From: a virus
Lineage: Duplodnaviria > Caudoviricetes
Virus record (IMG/VR): IMGVR_UViG_3300020043_004190
Span: 1 to 33,614 of that record
Length of the DNA: 33,614 nt
Direction: 5' to 3' (one strand)
This document shows, one piece after another, positions 1-8,961 of the stretch (its first letter is position 1; each line of letters opens with the position of its first letter). Position numbers and translations under genes: made by a program. The notes under the pieces are model-generated. The model was not told the origin of the DNA and ran no database searches. It was given only the letters and a program-made list of their open reading frames with translations.

Positions 1-121
1 TAACAGTAAACAGTAACTATAACGGTACGGTTGCAGGCGAAATAGTAGGTAAGGCGTTCAAAGAAGCGGATACTATCGCAAAAGGTTTGGTAACAGTATT
101 ACCAAATATTCCCGTAAAAAC
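1..121. repeat. Terminal direct repeat (circular assembly overlap), copy 1
   Basis: Bases 1-121 are identical to 33494-33614. Confidence 0.97.
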
Positions 122-902
122 TTCAATCCGTAAAATTGACTACGGTAACGGTCGTCAAGACTTCTCTTGTGGATTCACTCCTGCGGGTTCAGTAACCTTA
201 GCAGAGGTTGTACTTGAGCCTAAGAAAATCAAAAACGAAGCTGAAATTTGTAAAGAGGATTTTCGTAATGTATGGGATACCGCTTCAATGGGATTCTCAG
301 CACACAACGACAATATGCCAGTTGACGAAGAGCAAGCGTTATTGGTTGAAATCTTAGCAGATACAGCACAAGCAACAGATGCTAATATTTGGACGGGAGA
401 TGCTACAAACGATGGAGAGTTCGACGGGTTTATTCCTTTATTCTTAGCCGATGCTACAGTTATCGACGTGGCTACTCCAGTAGCACCTACAAAAGCAAAC
501 GTAATCGCAGAAATCGAAAGCGTATTGGATGCTGTGCCTATCGCTTTGAGAAGAAAAACAGATTTGATTTTCGCAGTTTCTCCTGACGTTGCATTAGCTT
601 ATACACAAGCTTTAGTTGGTGCAGGAATTGTAAACGGGTTAGGCGGTGCAGATATGCCTTTAATGTACGGTACTTATAAATTGGAAGTTGTAAACGGTTT
701 ACCACCTGCAACAATGATTGTTTACCAAAAGAAAAACCTTTATTTCGGTACTGGTTTATTGTCAGACCACAACGAAGTACGTATCAAAGATATGGACGAA
801 ACTGATTTAAGCGGTACAGTACGTTACAAAATGGTTTACACAGCAGGTGTACAATATGTAAGAGGAAACGAGATTGTTTTATACACTACTTACACAGTAT
901 AA
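1..902 (+). CDS. Major capsid protein, 3' part (true start is ATG 33481 across the circular junction; 304 aa total)
   Basis: The frame is open from ATG 33481 (MATSVTVNSNYNGTVAGEIVGKAF...) through the overlap into ORF 87..902; it follows the protease/scaffold gene and precedes a terminator. Confidence 0.85.
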   Translation, partial: TVNSNYNGTVAGEIVGKAFKEADTIAKGLVTVLPNIPVKTSIRKIDYGNGRQDFSCGFTPAGSVTLAEVVLEPKKIKNEAEICKEDFRNVWDTASMGFSAHNDNMPVDEEQALLVEILADTAQATDANIWTGDATNDGEFDGFIPLFLADATVIDVATPVAPTKANVIAEIESVLDAVPIALRRKTDLIFAVSPDVALAYTQALVGAGIVNGLGGADMPLMYGTYKLEVVNGLPPATMIVYQKKNLYFGTGLLSDHNEVRIKDMDETDLSGTVRYKMVYTAGVQYVRGNEIVLYTTYTV

Positions 903-912
903 TTATTAACAT

Positions 913-939
913 AACCGCCTCTTATTTGGGGCGGTTTTT
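913..939 (+). terminator. Rho-independent terminator after capsid gene
   Basis: Stem AACCGCCTC / GGGGCGGTT followed by a T run. Confidence 0.75.
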
Positions 940-955
940 AAAACATATATAAATT

Positions 956-1489
956 ATGGCTTGTGACTTTATTATAAATGGGCGTTTGCTCGAATGTAAG
1001 AACTTTACGGGCGGTTTAAGAAACGCATATTTTGCCCCTTGGCAGGATTACGGTTTTACAGTAACCGCTTCGGAACTTACAAGTATTGGAACGCTTGCAG
1101 AGGTATTCCAATTTGAATTAAAAAATACGGGAAATGTACCGACTGAAACTGAAACAGCTTCAAGAGATAATGGTACAATTTTCTACGATGCTACAATCGA
1201 GTTGGTATTGACTGGATTAAGCGCACCGCTTGTAAACCAAGCAAAACTTTTGAGCCGTGATAGAATGGTTTTATTCTTAGAGGACAACAACGGTTTAGTT
1301 CACTGCTTTGGTATTGAAAACGGTGTTGACAAAACAACGGGAACGAGAGAAATCGCAGGAGATTTAGGCGGATTTTACGGACTTAAAATGACTTTACAAA
1401 GTCTTGAGCCTGATACAGCACCTATCCTATCGGGTTCGGCAAAGACATCGCTTTTAGCTATCGTTTCACCTGATTACGTGAATGCATAA
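956..1489 (+). CDS. Major tail tube protein (putative)
   Basis: 177 aa; MAC...GR..EC....GG N-terminus and SRDNGTIFY motif; follows capsid and has its own terminator, as expected of a highly expressed structural gene. Confidence 0.65.
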   Translation: MACDFIINGRLLECKNFTGGLRNAYFAPWQDYGFTVTASELTSIGTLAEVFQFELKNTGNVPTETETASRDNGTIFYDATIELVLTGLSAPLVNQAKLLSRDRMVLFLEDNNGLVHCFGIENGVDKTTGTREIAGDLGGFYGLKMTLQSLEPDTAPILSGSAKTSLLAIVSPDYVNA

Positions 1490-1510
1490 TAATTAAAAGA
1501 AAGGAGCATT

Positions 1511-1540
1511 AAACCCGTCTAACAAGGCGGGTTTTTTGTT
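1511..1540 (+). terminator. Rho-independent terminator
   Basis: AAACCCGTCT-AACA-AGGCGGGTTT followed by TTTT. Confidence 0.8.
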
Positions 1541-1570
1541 TTAATACAAAACTGTTTTTTGTTGTTATTA
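1541..1570 (+). promoter_or_regulatory. Putative phage-sigma late promoter, copy 1
   Basis: TTAATACAAAACTGTTTTTTGTTGTTATTA, identical to 24808-24837; ATG follows 4 nt later. Confidence 0.7.
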
Positions 1571-1574
1571 TAGT

Positions 1575-1874
1575 ATGACAATATTAAGACCATCTTTAGA
1601 AACTCAAAGCATAACAATTATACCTCGTTACGATGCGGAAAATGTTGTACTTACTTTATTGAATGAAGAAACCCAAGTCTTAAATACTTTTAACATTTCA
1701 AGTACTTATGCAAACGGTTATATGGGTTTAGAATTTGAGTTTGATTGCTTAGAAATGCAAAGTTTTAACTTAGAGGTAAAAGATGGCGATACTGTTTTGT
1801 TTAGAGGCAAAGCATTTGCAACGGATGAAACAGATTTAGAAAATTACAAATTAAGTAAAAATTTACTACAATGA
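1575..1874 (+). CDS. Small virion/head-associated hypothetical protein
   Basis: 99-aa ORF translationally coupled to the portal gene (ATGA overlap). Confidence 0.55.
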   Translation: MTILRPSLETQSITIIPRYDAENVVLTLLNEETQVLNTFNISSTYANGYMGLEFEFDCLEMQSFNLEVKDGDTVLFRGKAFATDETDLENYKLSKNLLQ

Positions 1875-3712
1875 GCGATATACGAATAGTTAACCTTTCA
1901 TCACATCAAAGTCCAATATTCACACCTACAAAAAATAAAGAGTGGATGTTGAACGGTAAGGATAACGCAGGCTATACTTATATAATTGACAGATACAAAT
2001 ACAGTCCGACTAACTCGGCAATCATTGACAGTTATTCAAATTACATTAACGGTAAAGGATTAACGGCTAAATATACACCCGCTCAGGCTTCGGAATGGGC
2101 AAAGATTCAGTCTATTATAGCCAAAGATGAACTGAGAAAAATTTGTCAAGACTTTGCAATTTTTGAAGAGTCAAGCGTTGAAATAATTTTAGGTAAATCA
2201 GGTAGTGATATTGTAAGTATAACGCATTTACCAAAGGAGAAAGTAATGCCGAGCGTTGTCGATGAAAACGGGGAAATCTCTTCTTATTTTTATAGCTATG
2301 ACTGGAGTGATATTCGTAAATATCCGCCCGAAGAAATCCCCGCATTTACTTTAGATACTAAAGAAAAAAGAACGGTTTATATAATTAAGAAATATAGTAT
2401 TTCTGATTTCTACTTTACAAGACCATCATATTTCAGCGGGTTAAACTATGCCGAACTCGAGGAGGAAATTGCGGTTTATTCTGTTAACCATATTAAAAAC
2501 GGATTGAGTGCGGGTCATATAATCAATTTTAATGATGGCGAGGCAGATACAGAGGTTAAAGACAGAATAGAGAGAAACATCGATAAAAAGTTAGCAGGTT
2601 CTAACAACGCAGGAAAGCGTATTTTATCATTTAACTCTAATAAAGAAAACGCTACGACTGTAGAGGCTATAGAGATAAGCGATGCACACCAACAATACCA
2701 ATTTTTTAGCGAAGAGGCACGCCGTCAATTAATGGTTGCACACAAGGTAACATCGCCTATTTTATTTGGAATTAAAGATAACACAGGATTTGGCAATAAT
2801 GCCGACGAAATGACTACGGCTTTTGATGAGTTGATGCTAAACGTTATCAAACCTAAGCAGGATGTAATATTAGAGGGTTTAATGTACCTTTTAAGACAAA
2901 ACAAATCGACTTTAAAGTTAGAGTTTATACCGCTTAGAGGCTCGGCAGTAGGTACTGAAATGGATGCTAACCAAAACAGTTACAACGGTGCGCAAATTTC
3001 ATCGGCTATCGATGTAGTGGCAAAAGTAAAAGAGGGAATATTAACTAAAGAGCAAGCGATTGTATTCTTAATTCAGTTTTTACAATTACCTAAAGAGGTT
3101 GCTTTGGCTATGTTTACAGAGCAAGCCGTTCCTATTCAACAGTTATCAAAGTTTCACAAATTTAACGAGGTTACGGTTGCTGAGGGTTTAATCGCTTTGG
3201 GCGAAGATGAAAATTTAAACGAGTGGGAGTTAGTAGCTGAGTGTGAAGTAGATTACACCAATGAATACAGCTTTGCGAGTACTGGATCAGCTTTTCCAAA
3301 CGCTAAAAGCGAGCAAGACAATTCAGATTATATGGTTAGATACCAATATGCACCTTTAAAAGTTAGCGAAAACAGTAGAGATTTTTGCCGTAAGATGGTA
3401 AATGCAGGTAAAATTTACAGAAAAGAGGACATTATCCGTATGGAAAACGAGGTAGTTAATGCGGGTTGGGGTGCTGAGGGTGCAGATAAGTATTCTATTT
3501 GGCTATACAAAGGCGGTGGCGATTGTCATCATAAATGGTTTAGAAAAATATACGTTAAAAAAGGCGTAAAAGTGGATGTTAATAGTCCTTTAGCTGAGTT
3601 AATTTCAACTACAAAAGCACGTCAAGAGGGTTTTAATCCGCCTGCAAATAACGATTTAGTAGCTATTGCGCCAAAAGATATGCCTAATAATGGATTTTTA
3701 AAAGACAGATAA
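1871..3712 (+). CDS. Portal protein with C-terminal extension resembling a minor head morphogenesis domain
   Basis: 613 aa; portal-like motifs (SPTNSAII, NGLSAGHII, AHKVTSPILFG); C-terminal SRDFCRKM...KGGGDCHH.W Cys/His motif. Confidence 0.8.
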   Translation: MSDIRIVNLSSHQSPIFTPTKNKEWMLNGKDNAGYTYIIDRYKYSPTNSAIIDSYSNYINGKGLTAKYTPAQASEWAKIQSIIAKDELRKICQDFAIFEESSVEIILGKSGSDIVSITHLPKEKVMPSVVDENGEISSYFYSYDWSDIRKYPPEEIPAFTLDTKEKRTVYIIKKYSISDFYFTRPSYFSGLNYAELEEEIAVYSVNHIKNGLSAGHIINFNDGEADTEVKDRIERNIDKKLAGSNNAGKRILSFNSNKENATTVEAIEISDAHQQYQFFSEEARRQLMVAHKVTSPILFGIKDNTGFGNNADEMTTAFDELMLNVIKPKQDVILEGLMYLLRQNKSTLKLEFIPLRGSAVGTEMDANQNSYNGAQISSAIDVVAKVKEGILTKEQAIVFLIQFLQLPKEVALAMFTEQAVPIQQLSKFHKFNEVTVAEGLIALGEDENLNEWELVAECEVDYTNEYSFASTGSAFPNAKSEQDNSDYMVRYQYAPLKVSENSRDFCRKMVNAGKIYRKEDIIRMENEVVNAGWGAEGADKYSIWLYKGGGDCHHKWFRKIYVKKGVKVDVNSPLAELISTTKARQEGFNPPANNDLVAIAPKDMPNNGFLKDR

Positions 3713-3715
3713 GAT

Positions 3716-4249
3716 ATGAAAGCGATAATAAGAGCGAGCGACATCGTAAAATATACCCCGATTGGTGGCAATGTAGACTTAGATAAGTTTTTACCGTGCG
3801 TTTTGGATGCACAAATCACAGACTTAGAGCCGTTATTGGGCGAAAGTCTATACAATAAAATAGCTACAGACTACGAAAACGATGCTTTAACGGGACTTTA
3901 TGAAACGTTATACGAAAACTATATCAAACCTTTTTTAATTCACGCAAGCGCAAAGAATTATTTTCTTATCGGTGCTTACCAAATTAACAACGGGGGCATA
4001 ATGAAACATACAACCGAGAACAGCGAAAGTATTTCTAAAAGCGAAATAGACTACTTATACACTAACCAACGTAGTAAATGCGAAGTTTATGCGGGTCGTA
4101 TGAAAAAATGGCTTGTACGCAATCGTATAGACGAATACTACGACTTTAATGAGGTAGTAAACAAACGAGGTGTTGATTATGGTGCTTGGTATTTCGGTGG
4201 GGCTTCGAGTTGTGGTAACGAACAAATAGATACTTATGAACAAGACTAA
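3716..4249 (+). CDS. Head-tail adaptor/connector protein (putative)
   Basis: 177 aa directly after portal; AQ..DL.PLLG..LY motif. Confidence 0.55.
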   Translation: MKAIIRASDIVKYTPIGGNVDLDKFLPCVLDAQITDLEPLLGESLYNKIATDYENDALTGLYETLYENYIKPFLIHASAKNYFLIGAYQINNGGIMKHTTENSESISKSEIDYLYTNQRSKCEVYAGRMKKWLVRNRIDEYYDFNEVVNKRGVDYGAWYFGGASSCGNEQIDTYEQD

Positions 4250-4337
4250 AAAACCGACCAAACCGAGAATCGAAAACGAAAAGAAATTACAAATATTTTT
4301 AGCAAAATTACAAAAAGATGGCAAGACAAACGGTTAA
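4236..4337 (+). CDS. Small basic hypothetical protein (33 aa)
   Basis: Read manually: MNKTKKPTKPRIENEKKLQIFLAKLQKDGKTNG; fills the gap and overlaps both neighbours. Confidence 0.5.
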   Translation: MNKTKKPTKPRIENEKKLQIFLAKLQKDGKTNG

Positions 4338-6870
4338 TATCGGAAGCGCACCAAACGACGGAACGGGCGACCCGTTAAGAGTAGCCTACGATAAACTTAA
4401 CGATAACTTTTTAGAGATTTACGACGAGGGCGGTGCGAATATAATTGTAAACAATCCCGTTACTTTAACCGAAACCACTTTGGATGTAGCTTTAGCAGAC
4501 ATCGAAGCGGGAAGTGGTGGCGGTGCAGTAACCTCTGTAAACTCCGACACGGGCGCAGTAATTGTGGATTTGCAGAGCGTAACGGATGAGGGGAATACAA
4601 CAAGTAATCCTATAATATTTAACGATGGTAGCGATGAGTTTGAAGTGTCAGGAACATCTATAAAATATAAAGCAATCGGAAGTGGTTTTATAAAAGAATT
4701 GACTTTTGATAGTTTATCAGCTAACAGAAATTTAATTTTACCTAATTCTGACGGAACGTTAGTTGTTCAATCCGATTTAGAAAATTATATATTCACAGAG
4801 CCAAAAACAGCTGATTTTGATGCCGTTAATTCCGCATTATATACAGCAAACGGCACAATAACAGTAACCGACCCAACACCCGTAACCAACAAAGGCTACA
4901 TAGTCCACGTTATAGGCGGAACATCTACAATAGGCGGAGTAGGATATACAACGGGTGATTTAGTTTATCGTTACTATGACGGTACAAGTTGGATTTCAAC
5001 TAATATGAATGCGAGTACTTTGCAAGACTTACAAAGTGTATTAACAGAGGGTAATATCGCTACGGATTCAACAATAGAATTATACAACACTATAAATGAT
5101 TTATCAAACTTTATTAATAGTCAAGAAATAGCCATAGAGAATTCATCCACTAATGATTATTCTTATCTAAATATAAATGCATTATCACTTCGTAATGAGG
5201 CATTAGCAAGCACAATCTCTGTTCAGCACGATAAAGTTATTAAAATCAAAGGGGATTTTTCAACAAGCTTAACTTTTACAGACCCAACAGCAAACAGAGT
5301 TATAACTTTCAAAGACGAAAGCGGAACAGTTGCTTTAACTTCTGACATTCCATCACCTATCACAATCGATGCAACACCAACAGACGGAAGTAGTAACGCT
5401 GTAAGTAGTAACGGGGTTTTTGATGCTTTAGATTTAAAAGCTCCTTTAGCCTCGCCTGCTTTAACCGGAAACCCAACAGCACCAACACAATCAGCAAACG
5501 AAAACAGCACTAAATTAGCAACTACAGCTTATATTGAAAACGCCAATCTACAGCGCAAAGAGCTTGTTTTAACGGGTAAAACTATTGTATTCTTTGGGGA
5601 TAGTTACACAACAGGATTTGGTGCTACCAATACTGGTCGCAGATATTCATCATTATTAACTGCGGCAGTTGGTGGATTTGAACTAAATCAAGGCGTGCAA
5701 GGTACTACAATGGAAAAAAGAGTACCTATAAATTACATTAACTCGCCTAATATGGTGGATAATGTAACTACTATTCCAACCTACGTTTCAACTACTCACG
5801 GAATGTTAGTATTCCAATTTGGCTTAAATGACATAGGGCAAAACGGTGCAAATTATACGCCTGCTAATTACATAACGGATGCTCAAACTGTATTAACTTA
5901 TGCAAACGTTACAAAAGGGTGGCCTATGAATAAGATATTAATGTTGGGTGCGCCTTATGCAAATGCAACTGGTTACGCTGCATACGCTACATTGTCAGGA
6001 AATCCTGCACCTGATGTAACACGACATTTAGCATTTATAGAAGCACAAAGACAAGTGGCACAAACTAATCAAACAATGTTTTTAGATTGGTACGCCTTAC
6101 AAGTTAAAAACGATATTTTAAATACAATGAATGCCGATGGCTATCACCCTAACGATTTAGGACATTATTCACTCGCAAAATATACGGCTAATTATTTAGG
6201 ATATGGAGGTATTTTTGAAAGTAGGGTTCCGGTTTCGAGTGGCACTAATTTCAAAGTGGTTAACGGGGGGGGGTCTTTTTCTAATGTGGAAGGTAGTCAA
6301 GCAAGAACAAAAGTAGATGTTTATAATGATGGTGCAAATGTTTTCGGATTCAGCACAAGTACGAATAGAGGCGAGTATCATATTTACACGGGTGGTTCTC
6401 ATACTTTTTATATTGGCGGTGCATCACGTTTAAATTTAAGTGCGTCAGGTCTTGGAATTATTAACGGTATAACAGCACCAACGGCAAAGGTTCACATTGG
6501 AGCAGGAACGGCATCGGCAGGAACAGCACCTTTAAAATTAACAAGTGGAACAAATTTAACAACGCCAGAAAACGGAGCAGTAGAGTATAACGGTACTAAT
6601 TTCTTCATCACTACGGGCGGCGTAAGGTATCAAATTGACAGACAAGTTTTAGCGGGTAGTTATTCAACAACAGCAACGGCACAAACTACCTTCACTGTGA
6701 CTATTGGTTCAACTATGGCAAATACAAACTATAAAGTCAATGTAACGCCTTCAGGAGTTTTAACAGCGGCAGTGTTTTATGTATCAAACAAAACAACAAC
6801 CACCTTTGATGTAACGTATTTATCAGCATTGACGGGAGCGGTTTCATTTGATTGGATTGTAGCGCCTTAA
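4318..6870 (+). CDS. Tail fibre/receptor-binding protein with SGNH/GDSL hydrolase domain
   Basis: N-terminal NDGTGDPLR anchor motif; fibre repeat KAPLASPALTGNPTAPT; SGNH blocks FFGDSY, GVQG, FGLND, DGYHPN; Thr/Gly-rich C-terminus. Confidence 0.8.
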   Translation: MARQTVNIGSAPNDGTGDPLRVAYDKLNDNFLEIYDEGGANIIVNNPVTLTETTLDVALADIEAGSGGGAVTSVNSDTGAVIVDLQSVTDEGNTTSNPIIFNDGSDEFEVSGTSIKYKAIGSGFIKELTFDSLSANRNLILPNSDGTLVVQSDLENYIFTEPKTADFDAVNSALYTANGTITVTDPTPVTNKGYIVHVIGGTSTIGGVGYTTGDLVYRYYDGTSWISTNMNASTLQDLQSVLTEGNIATDSTIELYNTINDLSNFINSQEIAIENSSTNDYSYLNINALSLRNEALASTISVQHDKVIKIKGDFSTSLTFTDPTANRVITFKDESGTVALTSDIPSPITIDATPTDGSSNAVSSNGVFDALDLKAPLASPALTGNPTAPTQSANENSTKLATTAYIENANLQRKELVLTGKTIVFFGDSYTTGFGATNTGRRYSSLLTAAVGGFELNQGVQGTTMEKRVPINYINSPNMVDNVTTIPTYVSTTHGMLVFQFGLNDIGQNGANYTPANYITDAQTVLTYANVTKGWPMNKILMLGAPYANATGYAAYATLSGNPAPDVTRHLAFIEAQRQVAQTNQTMFLDWYALQVKNDILNTMNADGYHPNDLGHYSLAKYTANYLGYGGIFESRVPVSSGTNFKVVNGGGSFSNVEGSQARTKVDVYNDGANVFGFSTSTNRGEYHIYTGGSHTFYIGGASRLNLSASGLGIINGITAPTAKVHIGAGTASAGTAPLKLTSGTNLTTPENGAVEYNGTNFFITTGGVRYQIDRQVLAGSYSTTATAQTTFTVTIGSTMANTNYKVNVTPSGVLTAAVFYVSNKTTTTFDVTYLSALTGAVSFDWIVAP

Positions 6871-6873
6871 TTT

Positions 6874-7359
6874 ATGAGAATGGGATATTTATTTTTAGTT
6901 TTTATAGTTGTCGTAGGCTCGTTAGTCTTATTCAGTCAATGCACCTACAACGAAACCCATAACTACTACTACAATCCAATAGTTAAAAATGATTTGACAG
7001 TTGAAGAAAGACATTTATTAGACTTAATCAATAACCATCGGACTAACTTAGGTTTAAACAAATTAATTCCTGAGATGCTTGCGAGTGAAGTGTGTGAGAT
7101 TAGAAATGTAGAGGACATCGATAATAACGTTCCACCAAATCATAACGGGTGGAATGAAATGATACAAGACAGTCAAGCGGTTGAGGGTGACCAAATATTA
7201 GCGTATAACTTTTATAGTGTTGAAAGTTTATTCAATGCTTATCTAACAAGTCCTTACGGACATAGAAATGTTATAGAGAAAACAGATAGAACGCATATAG
7301 GAATAAGCCTAATAGACGGCAGAAATTACATAATAGTAGTTAAACATATAAGCAGATAG
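6874..7359 (+). CDS. CAP/SCP-domain secreted or membrane-anchored protein
   Basis: Hydrophobic N-terminus; LINNHR..LGL, SPYGHRNVI and THIGIS motifs typical of CAP domains. Confidence 0.7.
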   Translation: MRMGYLFLVFIVVVGSLVLFSQCTYNETHNYYYNPIVKNDLTVEERHLLDLINNHRTNLGLNKLIPEMLASEVCEIRNVEDIDNNVPPNHNGWNEMIQDSQAVEGDQILAYNFYSVESLFNAYLTSPYGHRNVIEKTDRTHIGISLIDGRNYIIVVKHISR

Positions 7360-7360
7360 A

Positions 7361-7771
7361 ATGAATTTTTTAATAGATAATTGGATTGCCTTATTAGGGT
7401 TTATTTCAGCACCTTTAGCGTGGGTATTTGGTGGTAAGCAAGCCAAAAAAGTAGAGATTAAAAAAGCTAATGGAGATGCAGTTTCGACAATGCAATCGGT
7501 TTATGACCAATTCTTATCCGATTACAAAGATAGAATGAGCGAGGTTATGGCTGAATTAAAATTTGTTAAAGACCATAATAGAGAGTTGCAATCACAATTT
7601 AATAAAATACAGTTAGATTATGCAAAAGAGGTTGAGCGTTAACAAAACTGGGAAAAACTACATAGAGAATTATCTACAAAATACACCATTTTAGAACGTG
7701 ATTATGAACAACTAAAAATAGACCATTATCAGTTGAAAAAAGATTTCGATAAATATAAAAGAGCAAATTAA
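7361..7771 (+). CDS. Holin-like membrane-anchored coiled-coil protein, interrupted by in-frame TAA at 7640-7642
   Basis: N-terminal TM segment (WIALLGFISAPLAWVF); the coiled coil continues for 42 codons in frame past the TAA; lies upstream of the endolysin. Confidence 0.5.
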
Positions 7772-7787
7772 TAAAAGAAGTAAAATA

Positions 7788-7819
7788 TTTGGATTTAGTA
7801 TAGTTAATCGCTACCTTTA
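7788..7819 (+). promoter_or_regulatory. Bacteroidota sigma-A-type promoter overlapped by a 23-bp operator-like site
   Basis: TTTG(7788)-N20-TACCTTTA(7812); operator variant at 7795-7817. Confidence 0.5.
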
Positions 7820-7826
7820 TAACTAT

Positions 7827-8525
7827 ATGGCAATAGTTTATAGACATAGAAGATTAGATGATAATTCTATTTTTTACATAGGAATAGGTGTTGATGAAAA
7901 AAGAGCATTTCAATTACGCTCAAGAAATCAACTATGGAAAAATATAGTTTTAAAAACTGATTATAAAGTTGAGATAATAGCAGAAAATATTGACTATGAT
8001 AAAGCTAAAGAATTAGAAATATTTTTAATTAGTATTTACGGTAGAAGAGATTTAAAAAACGGTATTTTATGTAATATGACTGGTGGTGGCGATGGAAATA
8101 CAAATATGAGTGATGAATTAAAAAATAAAATATCCAATAGTTTAAAAGGAATTAAGCAATCTGAAGAAACAAAGTTAAAAAGAAGTAATGCTTTAAAAAA
8201 AGTTTGGGAAAACCAAGACTTAAGAGAATTAAAAAGAAAACAAAGCTTAGAATTAAATAGATTAGGATTAATAGGTACAAAAGGTAAACCTTCAAAAAAG
8301 AAGGGTATTAAAATTTCACAAGAAATTATAGACAAAGTTTCTAAGGGATTAAAAAAATATTATGAAAATAATAAACCGCATAATTTTAAAGATATAGATA
8401 TTGAGATAAAAATCAATATTTATAAAGATTATGAAAACGGAATTAAAAAATTTCAACTACATAAAAAATATAACCTATCAAGAACAATAATAGAAAGAAT
8501 AATAAAAGATTATGAGGCTAAATAA
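7827..8525 (+). CDS. Free-standing GIY-YIG-like homing endonuclease with NUMOD3-type repeats
   Basis: IVYRH...FYIGIG, conserved R and E, NMTGGGDG, SEETKLKRS repeats; very AT-rich relative to neighbours. Confidence 0.75.
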   Translation: MAIVYRHRRLDDNSIFYIGIGVDEKRAFQLRSRNQLWKNIVLKTDYKVEIIAENIDYDKAKELEIFLISIYGRRDLKNGILCNMTGGGDGNTNMSDELKNKISNSLKGIKQSEETKLKRSNALKKVWENQDLRELKRKQSLELNRLGLIGTKGKPSKKKGIKISQEIIDKVSKGLKKYYENNKPHNFKDIDIEIKINIYKDYENGIKKFQLHKKYNLSRTIIERIIKDYEAK

Positions 8526-8961
8526 TGTCGGTTACAATTTGATAAAGGAGTTTGAAGGATTAAGCCTTAAACCATATAAGTGCCAAGCAAAAATTAGCAC
8601 TATCGGTTACGGTTCGACTTACTATGAAAACGGAACGAGGGTACAAATGAGCGATGCACCAATCACGAAACAACGTGCAGAGCAATTACTACAACATACT
8701 GCTGATAGGTTTGCCTCAAAAGTGGCTAATCTACTTAAAAAACCCGTTACTCAAAATCAGTTTAATAGTATTGTATCATTTGCTTTTAATTTAGGCGTAA
8801 GAGCATTACAAAACAGTACTTTATTAAGATTGGTAAACATAAACCCAAACGATGCAAACATAGCTAAAGAGTTCTTAAAATGGAATAAAGCCGGCGGTGT
8901 AGTTGTTAAAGGGTTAACCAATAGAAGAATCAAAGAATCAGCTTTGTACTTCACTAAGTAA
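8512..8961 (+). CDS. Endolysin, GH24 phage lysozyme
   Basis: FEG...Y.C....TIGYG catalytic motif, QNQF..VSFAFN.G and W.KAGG....GL..RR..E. Confidence 0.92.
   Translation: MRLNNVGYNLIKEFEGLSLKPYKCQAKISTIGYGSTYYENGTRVQMSDAPITKQRAEQLLQHTADRFASKVANLLKKPVTQNQFNSIVSFAFNLGVRALQNSTLLRLVNINPNDANIAKEFLKWNKAGGVVVKGLTNRRIKESALYFTK

Noticed and set aside
1-121. Biological direct terminal repeat
   Set aside because: It falls mid-gene and has a k-mer-like length, and a PBSX/SPP1-like terminase suggests headful packaging; treated as an assembly overlap
4318-6870. Diversity-generating retroelement targeting the tail fibre
   Set aside because: No reverse transcriptase and no TR/VR repeat pair were seen
7772-8525. 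Group I intron around the homing endonuclease
   Set aside because: The flanks are too short for an intron core and the endolysin ORF is complete on its own
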